From positions 704,001 to 768,000 of the forward strand of contig CBDBOV010000005.1 of NCBI GenBank assembly GCA_965208575.1: a DNA stretch of 64,000 bases, written 5' to 3'. The position numbers were made by a program, and so were the translations under genes. Source of the stretch: Spirochaetia bacterium. GTDB lineage: Bacteria > Spirochaetota > Spirochaetia > SZUA-6 > Bin103. Each line of letters starts with the position of its first letter. Position 1 is the stretch's first letter. The notes under the pieces were generated by a model. The model searched no databases. It worked only from the letters and a program-made list of their open reading frames with translations, and was not told the origin of the DNA. Shown piece by piece: positions 27,026 through 44,805 of the stretch.

Positions 27026-27568
27026 ATGGCCAAGGGTGTGCAGCAATACAAGATCGACCGGGTAGCGGCTCTCAAGGAAGCGTTCGAAGAGGCGCCGTCC
27101 CTGTTCTTCTCCGATTACCGCGGCCTGACCGTGAACCAGATCACCGAGTTGCGCGGTCAGCTTCGCCAGAACGACACCCGCTACGCGGTGGTCAAGAACC
27201 GCTACACCAAGATCGCCCTGCGCGAGCTCGGCCGCGACGGCGCCGACGAGTTTCTGGTCGGGCCGACGGCGGTGGCGCTGGTGCGCGGCGACGCCGTTGC
27301 GGTGTCGAAGGCGCTGCTCGACTTCGGGCGCGGCGCCCCGGTACAGGTGAAGGGCGGTTACGTCGAGGGCAGGATGATCGGCCTGCAGGAGGTGGTCGCA
27401 CTGTCGCGGCTGCCGGGCCGCGAGCAACTGCTCGCCATGCTGCTGTCGGCAATGAACGGTCCGGTACGCGGTCTGGCTATCGTGCTGCGCGCTTCGGTGG
27501 AGCGCGTCGCACGGGTGCTGCAGGCGGTGGCGGACCAGAAGGCTCAAGGAACGACCACCGAATCGTGA
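27026..27568 (+). CDS. rplJ: 50S ribosomal protein L10
   Basis: DYRGLTV..ITELR, VVKN, LSRLPGREQLLA; synteny. Confidence 0.96.
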   Translation: MAKGVQQYKIDRVAALKEAFEEAPSLFFSDYRGLTVNQITELRGQLRQNDTRYAVVKNRYTKIALRELGRDGADEFLVGPTAVALVRGDAVAVSKALLDFGRGAPVQVKGGYVEGRMIGLQEVVALSRLPGREQLLAMLLSAMNGPVRGLAIVLRASVERVARVLQAVADQKAQGTTTES

Positions 27569-27619
27569 AGATACGGGACAATCACGGATCAAATCACTTA
27601 GCAAAGGGAGAGTGAACAG

Positions 27620-28009
27620 ATGGCTGTACTTTCAACCGAGCAGATCATAGATGCGGTCTCGAGCATGAGCGTGCTCGAGGTGTCGGAACTGGTAAAGGCG
27701 TTCGAGGACAAGTTCGGCGTCAGCGCGGCGGCCCCGGTAGCGGTAGCCGCGGCCCCGGCCGGCGGCGCCGAGGCGGCCGAGGAAGAGGAGGAGCAGGTCG
27801 AATTCACCGTGCTGCTCAAGGGCTTCGACGCCGGCAAGAAGATTCCGATCATCAAGGAGGTGCGCGCCATCACCGGGCTCGGCCTCAAGGAGGCGAAGCA
27901 GCTCGTGGAAGAGCAGGATCGCCCGATCAAGGAAGCGGTGTCCAAGGAGGAGGCGCAGAAGCTGAAAGAGCAGTTGGAGACTGCCGGCGGAACCGTGGAG
28001 GTGCAGTAA
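27620..28009 (+). CDS. rplL: 50S ribosomal protein L7/L12
   Basis: [30 protein letters not shown]. Confidence 0.97.
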   Translation: MAVLSTEQIIDAVSSMSVLEVSELVKAFEDKFGVSAAAPVAVAAAPAGGAEAAEEEEEQVEFTVLLKGFDAGKKIPIIKEVRAITGLGLKEAKQLVEEQDRPIKEAVSKEEAQKLKEQLETAGGTVEVQ

Positions 28010-28038
28010 ACGCCTCCGCTCCGCACCAGTTGCCTGTA

Positions 28039-28101
28039 CCGGCGGCGATGCGCCGCCGGATCCGCGTCCCTGCCGCGTGCGCACCGCGTGCGCGGCTTGT
28101 T
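28039..28101 (+). terminator. Tandem hairpins between rplL and rpoB (possible attenuator)
   Basis: ccggcggcg-atg-cgccgccgg (28039-28059) and gccgcgtgcgc-acc-gcgtgcgcggc (28072-28096) followed by ttgtt; weak U-tract. Confidence 0.35.
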
Positions 28102-28155
28102 GCGGTATCGGTGCGTCCGGCGGGGCGTCACCGGTCACCGGTCTCCAGGAGTCAT

Positions 28156-31100
28156 ATGAGCACCACGATTGCTCCCCGAGCGTCCGATGCGCTGCACCTC
28201 GCGCGTACTTTTCTTGGTCGAGGGCGGGACGATGTCATTGCCATGCCCAACCTGGTCGACATCCAGTTGTCTTCCTATGAGCGTTTTCTCCAGCGTGAAA
28301 CGCTCGCCGCCGGCAACGCGCCGGACCGGCAGGGACTGGAGGAGGTGTTCCAGGAGATCTTCCCCATAGAGAGCCCCAATGGGGACATGGTGCTGGAATA
28401 CGTCGGCTACTCGCTCGACGAGTCCGGCATCAAGCTCACCGAGCAGGAGTGCAAGCACAAGGGGCTGTCGTTCGTCATCCCGATCAAGGCGAAGATCAAC
28501 CTGGTGTTCTGGGGCACCGGCGAGATCCGCCAGAAAGAGATCTACATGGGCGACATCCCGCTCATGACCGGGCGCGGCACGTTCATCATCAACGGCGCCG
28601 AGCGGGTGGTGGTCAGCCAGATCCACCGCTCGCCGGGCGTGATCTTCTCGCACGAGAAGGGGGCGTATACGTCCCGCATCATTCCCTACCGCGGCTCCTG
28701 GCTGGAATTCGAGATCGATCAGAAGAAGGAACTGATCTACGCCAAGATCGACCGCAAGAAGCGCCTCCTGGCGACCGTTTTCCTGCGCGCGCTCGGCTTC
28801 GACACGCGCGAGAAGATCATCGAGCTGTTCTACCGCACCAAGGGCATCGAGATCGACGACAGCACGGCCACCAAGGACGCCCTCATCGGTACGGTGTTCG
28901 CCAAGGCGGTGTACCGCGGCAAGGGGGAGACGCGCAAGAAGCTGTACGGCGCCGGCGAGAAGATCCACCCGCACGACGTGGAGGAGCTGCTGCACTCCGG
29001 CATCGAGACGGTGCAGATCATCGACCTCGATCATCCCGAGTCCCTGCACAGCCAGATCATCCTCAACTGCTTCGAGCGCGAGGAAGTGCAGACCACCAGG
29101 GATGACGGCGACAGCGACGAGCCGTCCAAGGAAGAAGCGATCGGACGGGTGTACGCGGTCATCAAGCCGGGCGAACCGATCACCGTCGACAGCGCCGAGA
29201 AGGATCTGCACAGCATGTTCTTCTCGCCGCGCCGCTACGACCTCGGCCGCGTGGGTCGCTACAAGCTGAACAAGAAGTTCGATTACGCCGCACCCAAGGA
29301 GAGCCACACGCTGACCCCGGACGACGTGATCGCCACCATGACCTTTCTGGTGAAGGTGTATATCGGCGAGGGCAACATCGACGACATCGACCACCTCGGC
29401 AACCGCCGCGTGCGCTCGGTCGGCGAGCTGCTCACCAACCACCTGAAGGTGGCGTTCACGCGCATGGAGCGGATCGCCAAGGAGCGCATGTCGCTGAAGG
29501 AGGCGGACACCATCCGCCCGCAGGACCTGATCTCCATCAAGCCGGTGGTGGCCACGATCAAGGAGTTCTTCGGCTCCAGCCAGCTCTCGCAGTTCATGGA
29601 CCAGGTCAACCCGCTCGCCGAGCTCACCCACAAGCGGCGCCTCAACGCGCTCGGTCCCGGCGGACTGTCGCGCGACCGCGCCGGTTTCGAGGTGCGCGAC
29701 GTGCATTACACCCACTACGGGAGAATGTGCCCGATCGAGACCCCCGAGGGTCCCAACATCGGGCTCATCGTGTCGCTCGCCAACTACACTACCGTCAACG
29801 AGTACGGCTTTCTGGAGACGCCCTACCGGAAGGTCGAGAACGGCAAGGTCACGCGCAATATCGAATACCTGTCGGCGATCGAGGAGGAGAAGTTCTTCAT
29901 CGCGCAGTCCGGGGCGGCGGTGGATGCCGGCGGCAAGCTGCCCGACCGCCTGATGGCGGTGCGCAAGGGCGGCGACTACATCTCCGCCGGACCCGATTCC
30001 ATCCAGTACATGGACGTGTCCCCGAAGCAGATCATCTCGGTGTCGGCGTCGCTGATTCCGTTTCTGGAGCACGACGACGCCAACCGCGCCCTGATGGGAT
30101 CCAACATGCAGCGCCAGGCGGTGCCGCTGGTGCAGCCGGAACCGCCGCGCGTGGGCACCGGCATGGAGGGCAAGACCGCGTACGACTCCGGCGTGCTGGT
30201 GCTGGCCGAGCGCGCCGGCACCGTGGTGTACGTGAGCAGCGAGGCGGTCCACGTGAAGCCCTCCCGCGGCGGCGCCAACGGCGCCGCCGGATCCACCGGC
30301 ACCTCCCGCTACGAGTCGGGCGTGGACATCTACGACCTGATCAAGTATCAGCGCACCAATCAGGACACCTGCTTTTCGCAGAAGCCGATCGTCCGCATTG
30401 GGCAGAAGGTCGCGGGCGGCGATGTTCTGGCCGACGGTCCGGCCACCTACCAGGGTGAGTTGGCGCTCGGCCGCAACGTGCTGGTCGCGTTCATGCCCTG
30501 GAACGGCTACAACTACGAGGACGCCATCCTGATTTCGTCGAAGGTGATCAAGGAGGACATCTTCACCTCGATCCACATCAAGGAGTTCTCCATCGACGTA
30601 CGGGAAACCAAGCTGGGCCCGGAGAAGATCACCCGCGACATCCCCAATACCTCGGAGCATGCGTTCGATCAGCTCGACGAGGAAGGAATCGTGCACATCG
30701 GCGCGTTCGTGCCGGAGTCCTCGATCCTGGTCGGCAAGGTGACGCCCAAGAGCGAGACCGACTCGACCCCGGAGTTCAAGTTGCTGAACTCCATTTTCGG
30801 TGAAAAGGCGAAGGAGGTGCGCGATACCTCCCTGCGCGTGCCGCACGGCGTGGAAGGCACGGTCATCGACGTGCAGCGTCTGCGCCGCGCCGACGGCGAC
30901 GAGCTGAACCCCGGCGTGGAAGAGGTGGTGAAGGTGCTCGTCGCCACCAAGCGCAAGCTGCAGGAGGGCGACAAGATGGCCGGGCGGCACGGCAACAAGG
31001 GGGTGATCGCCCGCATCCTGCCGGAAGAGGACATGCCGTTCATGGCCGACGGGACGCCGATCGATATCGTGCTGAATCCGCTCGGCGTGCCGTCGCGCAT

Positions 31101-31713
31101 GAACCTGGGCCAGATCATGGAGACCGAGTTGGGCTGGGCGGCGGAGCGCCTGCACGAGTGGTACGCGACCCCGGTGTTCCAGTCCGCGACCAACGAAATG
31201 ATCGCCGACAAGCTGCGCGAGGCGGGCCTGCCGGAGACCTCCAAGATCGAACTGTTCGACGGATTGTCGGGGCAGCCGTTCGAAAACCCGGTGACCGTCG
31301 GCGTAATCTACATGATGAAGCTGCTGCACCTGGTCGACGACAAGATGCACGCGCGCTCGACCGGCCCCTACTCGCTGGTGACGCAGCAGCCGCTCGGCGG
31401 CAAGGCGCAGTCCGGCGGTCAGCGCCTCGGCGAGATGGAGGTGTGGGCGCTGGAAGCGTACGGCGCCGCCAACACGCTCCAGGAGCTGCTTACGGTCAAG
31501 TCGGACGACATGACCGGACGCGCCAAGATCTACGAGAGCATCGTGAAGGGCGAGGCCTTTCAGCCGTCCGGCGTGCCGGAGTCGTTCAACGTGCTGGTGC
31601 AGGAGTTGCGCGGGTTGACCCTGGACATTTCGATCTACGACTCGAGCGGCAAGCTGATTCCGTTGACCGAGCGCGACGAAGAACTGATCAGCCGCCAGTC
31701 GTCGCGGTTCTAA
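28156..31713 (+). CDS. rpoB: RNA polymerase beta subunit
   Basis: [63 protein letters not shown]; AGGAG RBS. Confidence 0.98.
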   Translation: MSTTIAPRASDALHLARTFLGRGRDDVIAMPNLVDIQLSSYERFLQRETLAAGNAPDRQGLEEVFQEIFPIESPNGDMVLEYVGYSLDESGIKLTEQECKHKGLSFVIPIKAKINLVFWGTGEIRQKEIYMGDIPLMTGRGTFIINGAERVVVSQIHRSPGVIFSHEKGAYTSRIIPYRGSWLEFEIDQKKELIYAKIDRKKRLLATVFLRALGFDTREKIIELFYRTKGIEIDDSTATKDALIGTVFAKAVYRGKGETRKKLYGAGEKIHPHDVEELLHSGIETVQIIDLDHPESLHSQIILNCFEREEVQTTRDDGDSDEPSKEEAIGRVYAVIKPGEPITVDSAEKDLHSMFFSPRRYDLGRVGRYKLNKKFDYAAPKESHTLTPDDVIATMTFLVKVYIGEGNIDDIDHLGNRRVRSVGELLTNHLKVAFTRMERIAKERMSLKEADTIRPQDLISIKPVVATIKEFFGSSQLSQFMDQVNPLAELTHKRRLNALGPGGLSRDRAGFEVRDVHYTHYGRMCPIETPEGPNIGLIVSLANYTTVNEYGFLETPYRKVENGKVTRNIEYLSAIEEEKFFIAQSGAAVDAGGKLPDRLMAVRKGGDYISAGPDSIQYMDVSPKQIISVSASLIPFLEHDDANRALMGSNMQRQAVPLVQPEPPRVGTGMEGKTAYDSGVLVLAERAGTVVYVSSEAVHVKPSRGGANGAAGSTGTSRYESGVDIYDLIKYQRTNQDTCFSQKPIVRIGQKVAGGDVLADGPATYQGELALGRNVLVAFMPWNGYNYEDAILISSKVIKEDIFTSIHIKEFSIDVRETKLGPEKITRDIPNTSEHAFDQLDEEGIVHIGAFVPESSILVGKVTPKSETDSTPEFKLLNSIFGEKAKEVRDTSLRVPHGVEGTVIDVQRLRRADGDELNPGVEEVVKVLVATKRKLQEGDKMAGRHGNKGVIARILPEEDMPFMADGTPIDIVLNPLGVPSRMNLGQIMETELGWAAERLHEWYATPVFQSATNEMIADKLREAGLPETSKIELFDGLSGQPFENPVTVGVIYMMKLLHLVDDKMHARSTGPYSLVTQQPLGGKAQSGGQRLGEMEVWALEAYGAANTLQELLTVKSDDMTGRAKIYESIVKGEAFQPSGVPESFNVLVQELRGLTLDISIYDSSGKLIPLTERDEELISRQSSRF

Positions 31714-31728
31714 CGAGGAGGCAAACAT

Positions 31729-36090
<4,362 letters not shown>

Positions 36091-36143
36091 CACCGGTCGA
36101 GACGGGGGACTCCGGCGGCGCGGTTGAATCCTCGCGGCCGGGG

Positions 36144-36172
36144 TTGACCTTTTGGTGTCGCTCATCTACCTT
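36144..36172 (+). promoter_or_regulatory. Sigma70-type promoter of the str operon
   Basis: TTGACC (36144-36149) - 17 nt - TACCTT (36167-36172), leaving a ~200-nt leader before rpsL. Confidence 0.6.
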
Positions 36173-36377
36173 AGGTGCCGCACTTTCGTTGCCGGCTTCT
36201 GCCGCGCGGCAGTGCCCCGTCGCCACACCTGTTCGCCTTCAACCAGGCAGGTATCCCGGTCACGAACTCCGGTCACGGGCGCGGTCCCGTGGCGGGAGTG
36301 AGGCGGTCCGCTGCGAGGGGGCGGCGGACGCCGCGGATGGTGTGTGTCGCCGAGCAACAGGAAGGGAGAGAAACGAT

Positions 36378-36752
36378 ATGCCGACGATCAACCAGCTCAT
36401 TCGCAAGGGGCGCAAGCGCCCGCTCAACAAGTCGAAGTCGCCGGCACTGCAGGCGTGTCCGCAGAAGCGGGGCGTGTGCACCCAGGTGCGCACCATCACG
36501 CCGCGCAAGCCCAACTCCGCGCTGCGCAAGGTGGCCCGCGTGCGCCTGTCCAACAACGTCGAGGTGAACGCCTACATTCCCGGAATCGGGCACACGCTGC
36601 AGGAGCACTCGGTGGTGCTGATTCGCGGTGGCCGGGTGAAGGACCTGGCCGGCGTGCGCTATCACGTGGTGCGCGGCACCAAGGACACGCTCGGCGTCGA
36701 GGATCGCCGCAGGGCGCGGTCCAAGTACGGCACCAAGCGGCCGAAGGTATAG
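36378..36752 (+). CDS. rpsL: 30S ribosomal protein S12
   Basis: [36 protein letters not shown]. Confidence 0.98.
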   Translation: MPTINQLIRKGRKRPLNKSKSPALQACPQKRGVCTQVRTITPRKPNSALRKVARVRLSNNVEVNAYIPGIGHTLQEHSVVLIRGGRVKDLAGVRYHVVRGTKDTLGVEDRRRARSKYGTKRPKV

Positions 36753-36765
36753 CGAGGGTACGGAA

Positions 36766-37236
36766 ATGCCACGCCGCGGCAACACCAGAAAACGGCCCGA
36801 TCCGGTCGATCCGAAGTATCGCAACGTCACCGCCGGCAGGTTCATCAATGCGATGATGTCGCGCGGCAAGCGGTCGACCGCGACGCGCACGCTGTACGAT
36901 GCGTTCGACATCATCGAACGGCGCCTGAAGCGCGATCCGCTCGAGGTGTTCCTGAAGGCGGTGGAGAATGCCAAGCCGCTCCTGGAAGTGAAGTCGCGGC
37001 GCGTCGGCGGCTCGACCTACCAGGTGCCGGTGGAGGTGCGCGAGTCGCGCCGCGATGCGCTCGCCATCCGCTGGCTGATTCAGTATGCGCAGCAGCGGCG
37101 CGGGCGGGCGATGACCGCCGGCCTGAGCGCGGAGTTGATGGACGCCTTCAACGAGACCGGCGCCGCGGTGAAGAAGAAAGAGGACACGCACCGGATGGCG
37201 GAGGCGAACAAGGCGTTCGCCCACTACCGCTGGTAG
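36766..37236 (+). CDS. rpsG: 30S ribosomal protein S7
   Basis: [28 protein letters not shown]. Confidence 0.98.
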   Translation: MPRRGNTRKRPDPVDPKYRNVTAGRFINAMMSRGKRSTATRTLYDAFDIIERRLKRDPLEVFLKAVENAKPLLEVKSRRVGGSTYQVPVEVRESRRDALAIRWLIQYAQQRRGRAMTAGLSAELMDAFNETGAAVKKKEDTHRMAEANKAFAHYRW

Positions 37237-37297
37237 CGGCACGGCACGGCACGGAAGGGCACGGAACGGGATCGGGCACGGGAACGAGAGCAGAGCA

Positions 37298-39391
37298 ATG
37301 GAACCTCATGGCCGGCTGAGCCAGACCCGCAACATCGGGATCATGGCTCACATCGACGCCGGCAAGACCACTACCACCGAGCGGATCCTGTACTACACGG
37401 GACGCAAGCACAAGCTCGGTGAAGTCCACGACGGCCAGGCCGAAATGGACTGGATGGACCTCGAAAAGGAGCGCGGCATCACGATCACGGCGGCTGCGAC
37501 CTACTGCAGTTGGCGCGAACACGCCGTGAACATCATCGACACCCCGGGCCACGTCGACTTCACCGTGGAGGTGGAGCGCTCGCTGCGCGTGCTCGACGGC
37601 GCGGTGGCGGTGTTCTGCGCGGTCGCGGGCGTGGAGCCGCAGAGCGAAACGGTGTGGAAACAGGCCAACACCTACGCTGTCCCGCGGCTGGTCTTCGTCA
37701 ACAAGATGGACCGCGTGGGCGCCGACTTCGCGGCGTGCGTCGACGACCTGCACGCCAAGCTCGGCGCCAACGCCGTCGCCGTGCAGTTGCCCACCGGCGC
37801 CGGCGCCGACTTCAACAGCGTGATCGACCTGGTGGCGATGCGCCGGATCACCTGGGAAGAGGTGGACCTCGGGACCACCTATCGCGCCGACGAGATTCCC
37901 GCCGAACTGCGCGAGCGCGCCGGCGAGGCGCGCACCGAGCTGGTCGAACGGCTTGCCGACCTCGATGACGAGCTGATGGAACGCTACCTGACCGGCGACG
38001 AGATCGACAACGACCAGGTGCGCGCGGCGCTGCGCCGGCACACCGTTGCCGGGGAGCTGTTTCCGGTGTTGTGCGGCAGTGCGTTCAAGAACAAGGGCAT
38101 CCAACTGCTGCTCGACGGCGTCGTGGACTACCTGCCGTCGCCGGCGGAAAAACCGGCGGTGACGGGAATCGTGCCGAGCACCGGCGATTACATCGAACGC
38201 GCGCCGCGCGACGACGAGGGCCTGTCGGCGCTGGCCTTCAAGGTGGTGACCGATCCTTACGTCGGACGGTTGACCTACTTTCGCATCTACTCCGGCGTGC
38301 TGGAGGCCGGCTCCTACCTGTACAACTCGTCGGCCGACGGGCGCGAACGGGTGACCCGGCTGCTGCGCATGCACGCCAACCGGCGCGAGGAGATCCCGGC
38401 CGCCCGCACCGGCGAGATCGTGGCCGCCGTCGGACTGCGCAGGACCACCACCGGCGACACGCTGTGCGGCCAGAACGATCCGATCATCCTGGAGTCGATG
38501 GTGTTCCCCGAGCCGGTGGTGTCGATCGCCATCGAGCCGAAGTCGAAGCAGGACTCCGACCGCCTCGGCGCGGCGCTCGGCAAGCTGTCCGACGAGGATC
38601 CGACCTTCAAGGTGCGGGTCGACCACGAGACCGGGCAGACGATCATGGCCGGCATGGGCGAGCTTCACCTGGAGGTTCTGACCGCGCGGCTGTTCCGCGA
38701 GTGGGGTGTCGAGGCCAACATCGGCATGCCCGAGGTGGCCTACCGGGAGACGATCGGCCGCAGCGCCGAGGTGGTAACCCGGTTCGTGCGCCAGACCGGC
38801 GGGCACGGACAGTACGCGCACATAGAGATGCAGTTCGAACCGCTGCCCGCGGGCGCCGGTTTCCTGTTCGACAGCAAGGTTACTGGCGGACGGGTGCCGA
38901 AAGAGTATATTCCGGCGGTGCAGCGCGGAATCGAGGAAGCGATGGAGGTCGGGGTGCTGGCCGGGTACCCGATGGTAGACTTCCGCGCCATTCTCCTTGA
39001 CGGCAGCTACCACGAGGTGGATTCGAGCGATCAGTCGTTTCGGATCGCCGGCAGCATCGCCTACCGGCAAGGGATTGCAAAGGCGGGGCCGCGGCTGCTG
39101 GAGCCGATCATGGAGGTGGAGGTGCACTGTCCCGAGGAGTATCTCGGCGACGTCATTTCCAATCTCAGTGCCCGCACCGGCCACATACAGGGAATCGAGG
39201 ACGTGTTTGGCGGGCGTACCGTGAAGGCGCGGGTGCCGTTGCGCAAGATGTTCGGTTACGTGACCGATCTGCGCTCCATGACCCGCGGCCGCGCCACGCA
39301 CACCATGCAGTTTGGAGCCTACGAGGCGGCTCCCAAGGCAGTACAGACCGAAATGGTGGCGAGGACCTCCGGGCGCCTGGCTACCGCGTGA
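37298..39391 (+). CDS. fusA: Elongation factor G
   Basis: [47 protein letters not shown]. Confidence 0.97.
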   Translation: MEPHGRLSQTRNIGIMAHIDAGKTTTTERILYYTGRKHKLGEVHDGQAEMDWMDLEKERGITITAAATYCSWREHAVNIIDTPGHVDFTVEVERSLRVLDGAVAVFCAVAGVEPQSETVWKQANTYAVPRLVFVNKMDRVGADFAACVDDLHAKLGANAVAVQLPTGAGADFNSVIDLVAMRRITWEEVDLGTTYRADEIPAELRERAGEARTELVERLADLDDELMERYLTGDEIDNDQVRAALRRHTVAGELFPVLCGSAFKNKGIQLLLDGVVDYLPSPAEKPAVTGIVPSTGDYIERAPRDDEGLSALAFKVVTDPYVGRLTYFRIYSGVLEAGSYLYNSSADGRERVTRLLRMHANRREEIPAARTGEIVAAVGLRRTTTGDTLCGQNDPIILESMVFPEPVVSIAIEPKSKQDSDRLGAALGKLSDEDPTFKVRVDHETGQTIMAGMGELHLEVLTARLFREWGVEANIGMPEVAYRETIGRSAEVVTRFVRQTGGHGQYAHIEMQFEPLPAGAGFLFDSKVTGGRVPKEYIPAVQRGIEEAMEVGVLAGYPMVDFRAILLDGSYHEVDSSDQSFRIAGSIAYRQGIAKAGPRLLEPIMEVEVHCPEEYLGDVISNLSARTGHIQGIEDVFGGRTVKARVPLRKMFGYVTDLRSMTRGRATHTMQFGAYEAAPKAVQTEMVARTSGRLATA

Positions 39392-39396
39392 CAACG

Positions 39397-39426
39397 ACAA
39401 TGCAACTACAGACAATGCAACTACAC
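39397..39426 (+). repeat. Exact 15-bp tandem duplication between fusA and tuf
   Basis: gacaatgcaactaca x2. Confidence 0.9.
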
Positions 39427-39447
39427 GGAGAGTAGGAGGAACAGCAC

Positions 39448-40638
<1,191 letters not shown>

Positions 40639-40664
40639 CGCGGCGAGGGTCTGGGGGCACCGTC

Positions 40665-40973
40665 ATGGCAGTTGACCGTATCCGGGTGCGTTTGCGCGGC
40701 TTCGACGTGGAGCTGATAGACCAGAGTTCCAAGGCGATTGTGCAGACGGTGCAGAAGGCGGGTTCACAGGTTTCCGGTCCGATACCGTTGCCTACCCGCA
40801 CCAACCGATATACCGTGTTGCGTTCGCCGCACGTGAACAAGAAGTCTCGCGAGCAGTTCGAAATGCGCACCCACAAGCGTCTTATCGACATCATCGAGCC
40901 CACGTCGGCGGTCATGGATGCGCTGATGAAACTGGAGCTTCCGGCCGGCGTGGACGTGGAGATCAAGCAGTGA
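40665..40973 (+). CDS. rpsJ: 30S ribosomal protein S10
   Basis: [21 protein letters not shown]. Confidence 0.98.
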   Translation: MAVDRIRVRLRGFDVELIDQSSKAIVQTVQKAGSQVSGPIPLPTRTNRYTVLRSPHVNKKSREQFEMRTHKRLIDIIEPTSAVMDALMKLELPAGVDVEIKQ

Positions 40974-41656
40974 AGGCGTTGATCGGGCGCAAGGTGGGCA
41001 TGACGCAACTGTTCGCGGACGACGGCTCGCTGCTGCCGGCCACCGTGATCGAGGTCGAGCCCAACGTGGTGGTGGGCGTGCGCACTCCCGAGCGCGACGG
41101 TTACGCGGCCGTGGTGCTCGGCGCCGACCCGCTGCGTCCCAAGCGCGTCACCCGGCCGTACGCCGGCCAGTTCACCGCTGGGGTGGCGCCGGTACGGCAC
41201 CTGGTGGAGGTACGCGACTTCGACGGGGCGCCTTCGGTGGGCGACCAGTTCGGCGTGGAGTTGTTTTCCGGCGACACCGCGGTGGACGTGCAGGGCTCGT
41301 CGAAGGGCAAGGGGTTCCAGGGCGTGATGAAGCGCCACGGATTCCACGGCGGGCGCAAGTCGCACGGGTCCAAGTTTCACCGCGCGCCCGGCTCGATCGG
41401 TCAGTCGGCGTCTCCGTCGCGGGTCGTCAAGGGCAAGAAGATGGCCGGGCGCATGGGCGGCAGAAGTGCGACCGTGCACAATCTGCGCCTGTACGGCATC
41501 GACGCCGAGCGCCGCCTGCTGCTCGTGGGCGGACCGTGTCCGGGGCCGCGCGGCGGTACCCTGGTGGTGACCAACGCCAAGAAGCGCGGCGCCCGCGGTG
41601 CGCCGGTCAGTCTGGCGGCCGGGGTGGCCGGCGCGCCCGGCGGAGAGGCGTCGTGA
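40970..41656 (+). CDS. rplC: 50S ribosomal protein L3
   Basis: [28 protein letters not shown]. Confidence 0.96.
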   Translation: MKALIGRKVGMTQLFADDGSLLPATVIEVEPNVVVGVRTPERDGYAAVVLGADPLRPKRVTRPYAGQFTAGVAPVRHLVEVRDFDGAPSVGDQFGVELFSGDTAVDVQGSSKGKGFQGVMKRHGFHGGRKSHGSKFHRAPGSIGQSASPSRVVKGKKMAGRMGGRSATVHNLRLYGIDAERRLLLVGGPCPGPRGGTLVVTNAKKRGARGAPVSLAAGVAGAPGGEAS

Positions 41657-42324
41657 CGGTACCGGTGATCGGCGCCGGCGGCGGCGCCCGCGGCGAGGCG
41701 GAACTGGCCGACGGCGTGTTTGGCGTCGAGGTCAGTGAAGGCGCCATCTACCACGCCATCCGCAACGAGCTTGCCAACCGCCGGGTAGGTACGGCGTCCA
41801 CCAAGAGCCGCAGCCAGGTGCGCGGCACCAGCCGCAAGCCGTGGCGGCAGAAGGGCACCGGGCGCGCGCGGGCGGGCGACGTGAAGTCGCCGCTGTGGAC
41901 CGGCGGCGGGGTGATCTTCGGCCCGCAGCCGCGCAGCTACCGCTATCGGCTGCCGCGCAAGGCGAAGCGCACGGCGATGCGCTCGATACTGACCCGGAAG
42001 GCGCGCGAGCGGCGCATCACGATCGTCGACGGGGTGGCCGCGGACAGCGGCAAGACCCGGGAGCTGGTGCGCCAGCTCGAGCCGATTGCCGGCGGCGCAC
42101 GCTGCCTCTGGCTGCTGGACAAGCCTGCACCGATGCTGGTGCGCGCGGCGCGCAACATTCCCTGGCTGCGGATGGGCGCCTGCGACACCGTGACGGCGCA
42201 CGACCTGTACTACTCGGAGCGCGTGCTGCTGACGCCGGCGGCGGCCGAGCGGCTCGCGCAGTTGCTCGGCGAGCAGCCGGGATCGGCGGACGGGCAGGCC
42301 GGCGCCGCCGGGGAGGAAGCATGA
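41653..42324 (+). CDS. rplD: 50S ribosomal protein L4
   Basis: [22 protein letters not shown]; GTGA overlap with rplC. Confidence 0.96.
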   Translation: MTVPVIGAGGGARGEAELADGVFGVEVSEGAIYHAIRNELANRRVGTASTKSRSQVRGTSRKPWRQKGTGRARAGDVKSPLWTGGGVIFGPQPRSYRYRLPRKAKRTAMRSILTRKARERRITIVDGVAADSGKTRELVRQLEPIAGGARCLWLLDKPAPMLVRAARNIPWLRMGACDTVTAHDLYYSERVLLTPAAAERLAQLLGEQPGSADGQAGAAGEEA

Positions 42325-42602
42325 GATCGGACATCCTCATAGCACCGGTCGTGACCGAGAAGAGCAACGAGCAGCGCGGCGCGAGAAAGTACGCATTCCG
42401 GGTAGACGCGCGCGCCAACAAGTTGCAGGTCGTGGACGCGGTGCGGACCACGTTCGGCGTGCACCCGGTGAAGTGCAACATCATTTCGGTGCCGCGCAAG
42501 CCGAAGCGGCTGCGGTTCCGGCCCGGCCACCGTTCCGGCTGGAAGAAGGCGATCGTCACGCTCGCGCCGGGCGAGAGTATCCAGATATTCGAAGGAGCTT
42601 GA
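42321..42602 (+). CDS. rplW: 50S ribosomal protein L23
   Basis: [19 protein letters not shown]. Confidence 0.95.
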   Translation: MRSDILIAPVVTEKSNEQRGARKYAFRVDARANKLQVVDAVRTTFGVHPVKCNIISVPRKPKRLRFRPGHRSGWKKAIVTLAPGESIQIFEGA

Positions 42603-42607
42603 GCGCG

Positions 42608-43441
42608 GTGCCTCTGAAGAAAAACAAGCCGATCACCCCGGGCAGCCGGTACGCGACCGGGCTCGACTTCGGCGATCTGCAGGATGAGGGGCCGGTCAAG
42701 TCGCTGCTCGCGCCGATGGGCAACCGCGCCGGGCGCGGCGCCGGCGGCCGCATCAGCGTCCGGCGGCGCGGCGGGCGTCACAAGCGGCGCTACCGGGTGG
42801 TGGATTTCCGGCGCGACAAGGCCGGCGTGCCCGGCAAGGTGGTGGCGGTGAGCTACGACCCGAACCGGTCCGCCAATCTCGCATTGATCTCCTACGCCGA
42901 CGGCGACAAGCGCTACATTCTCGCGCCGCGCGGGCTGGCCGTCGGGCACCCGGTGGTGAGCGGGCCCGACGCCCCCATCGAGGTAGGCAACGCGCTGCCG
43001 CTGAAGCGCATCCCGCTCGGCATGGCGGTGCACAACGTGGAGCTGACGCTCGGCCGGGGCGGACAGATGGCCCGCTCCGCGGGCGGCCGCGCGACGCTGG
43101 TGGCGCGCGAAGGGGACTACGTCACGCTGCGCCTGCCCTCCGGCGAGGTGCGCATGGTGTTCCACGAGTGCTACGCGTCGATCGGCGAGGTGGGCAACCA
43201 GGACCACATGAACGTCTCGCTCGGCAAGGCCGGGCGGGCGCGCTGGCTCGGGCACCGCCCCAAGGTGCGCGGCGTGGCGATGAACCCGCACGATCACCCG
43301 CACGGCGGCGGCGAGGGCAAGAGTTCCGGCGGCCGGCATCCGGTGTCCGCGTGGGGCAGGCCGACCAAGGGTGCGAAGACACGGCGCAAGCGCAAGGCCT
43401 CGGATGCGTTCATCGTGACGCGCCGCAAAGGAAGGAAGTAG
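42608..43441 (+). CDS. rplB: 50S ribosomal protein L2
   Basis: [25 protein letters not shown]. Confidence 0.97.
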   Translation: MPLKKNKPITPGSRYATGLDFGDLQDEGPVKSLLAPMGNRAGRGAGGRISVRRRGGRHKRRYRVVDFRRDKAGVPGKVVAVSYDPNRSANLALISYADGDKRYILAPRGLAVGHPVVSGPDAPIEVGNALPLKRIPLGMAVHNVELTLGRGGQMARSAGGRATLVAREGDYVTLRLPSGEVRMVFHECYASIGEVGNQDHMNVSLGKAGRARWLGHRPKVRGVAMNPHDHPHGGGEGKSSGGRHPVSAWGRPTKGAKTRRKRKASDAFIVTRRKGRK

Positions 43442-43447
43442 GCGGCT

Positions 43448-43729
43448 ATGGCACGATCGGTAAAGAAGGGACCGTTCATCGCGGGCAAGCTGTACCAGCG
43501 CATTCTCGATGCCAACCGGTCCGGCGAGAAGCGGATGATCCGCACCTATTCGCGCACGTCGACGATCATTCCCGAGATGGTCGGGCTGACCATCTCGGTA
43601 TACAACGGCAAGACCTGGATTCCGGTGTACGTCACCGAGAACCTGGTAGGCCACAAGCTCGGCGAGTTTGCGCCGACCCGGGTATTCCGCGGTCACGCCG
43701 GCTCGGACCGCAAGGCGGTGCGGCGGTGA
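43448..43729 (+). CDS. rpsS: 30S ribosomal protein S19
   Basis: [20 protein letters not shown]. Confidence 0.97.
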   Translation: MARSVKKGPFIAGKLYQRILDANRSGEKRMIRTYSRTSTIIPEMVGLTISVYNGKTWIPVYVTENLVGHKLGEFAPTRVFRGHAGSDRKAVRR

Positions 43730-44088
43730 TAGCCGCGGCAAAGGGCCACACCGCGCGCGCACGCTACATCAGGATGTCGCCGCGCAAGGTGCGTCCGATC
43801 GCCGACTCGGTGCGGCGCAAGCCATACGTGGAAGCGCTCGCGTTGTTGGATGCGCTGCCCAACAAGGGCGCCAAGATCCTGCGCAAGGTGGTAAAATCAG
43901 CGGCCGACAACGCCCTCGTACAGAACGAGAACCTGGACGAAGAGGCGCTCTATGTCAGCCACGTCGAGGTGAACGAGGCGCCGCGCATGAAGCGGATCTG
44001 GATTCGTGGGCGGGGGCGGGCCGACCGGCTGCTCAAGCGCATGTGCCATATCGACGTTGCCGTTGCGACGGTGGACGACGAGGATTAA
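43726..44088 (+). CDS. rplV: 50S ribosomal protein L22
   Basis: [20 protein letters not shown]...KR.CHI; start at the GTGA overlap is inferred. Confidence 0.95.
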   Translation: MIAAAKGHTARARYIRMSPRKVRPIADSVRRKPYVEALALLDALPNKGAKILRKVVKSAADNALVQNENLDEEALYVSHVEVNEAPRMKRIWIRGRGRADRLLKRMCHIDVAVATVDDED

Positions 44089-44101
44089 ACGGGAGAGTCG
44101 A

Positions 44102-44803
44102 ATGGGCCAAAAGATCAACCCAATCGGGATGCGGCTGGGAATCAATCGTACCTGGAAGTCGAAGTGGTACGTCGACCCGCGGGAGTACTCCAAGACGCTG
44201 CACGAGGATCTGGCGCTGCGCAACGTAATCGAGAATTCGCCCGACACGCGCGGCGCCGACATCTCGGACGTGGAGATCATTCGTCACCCGCAGCGCATCA
44301 CCATCATCATCCACACCGGCCGGCCGGGAGTGGTGATCGGGGCCAAGGGTGCCAACATCGAGCGCCTCGGCGGCAAGCTGCAGCGGCTGGTGGGCAAGAA
44401 GATCCAGATCAAGATCAAGGAGATTCACCGCCCGGAGGTGAACGCGCAGCTCATCGCCATGAACGTGGCGCGCCAACTGCGTACCAAGGCGTCGTTCCGG
44501 CGGTCGCTCAACATGGCGGTGCAGAACGCCATGCGCGCCGGCGTGCAGGGCATCAAGATCAAGATCGGCGGCCGTCTCGGCGGGTCGGAGATGTCGCGCA
44601 GCGAGCAGCGCAAGGAGGGACGCATACCGTTGCACACGTTCCGGGCCGACATCGACTACGGGTTCGCCGAATCGCTCACCGCCATGGGCGCCATCGGCGT
44701 GAAGGTGTGGGTGTTCAACGGCGAGCTGTACGGCCGCGACACCAAGGATGACGCCGGCCAGATGCTGCGTCGCCAGCGCGGCCGGGCGCCGGGGCGGTTG
44801 TAG
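44102..44803 (+). CDS. rpsC: 30S ribosomal protein S3
   Basis: [23 protein letters not shown] domain, PLHT.RADIDYG. Confidence 0.97.
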   Translation: MGQKINPIGMRLGINRTWKSKWYVDPREYSKTLHEDLALRNVIENSPDTRGADISDVEIIRHPQRITIIIHTGRPGVVIGAKGANIERLGGKLQRLVGKKIQIKIKEIHRPEVNAQLIAMNVARQLRTKASFRRSLNMAVQNAMRAGVQGIKIKIGGRLGGSEMSRSEQRKEGRIPLHTFRADIDYGFAESLTAMGAIGVKVWVFNGELYGRDTKDDAGQMLRRQRGRAPGRL

Positions 44804-44805
44804 CG

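Noticed and set aside
31405-31422. RpoB KAQSGGQR instead of KAQFGGQR
   Set aside because: This position is known to vary among phyla; no clear functional inference
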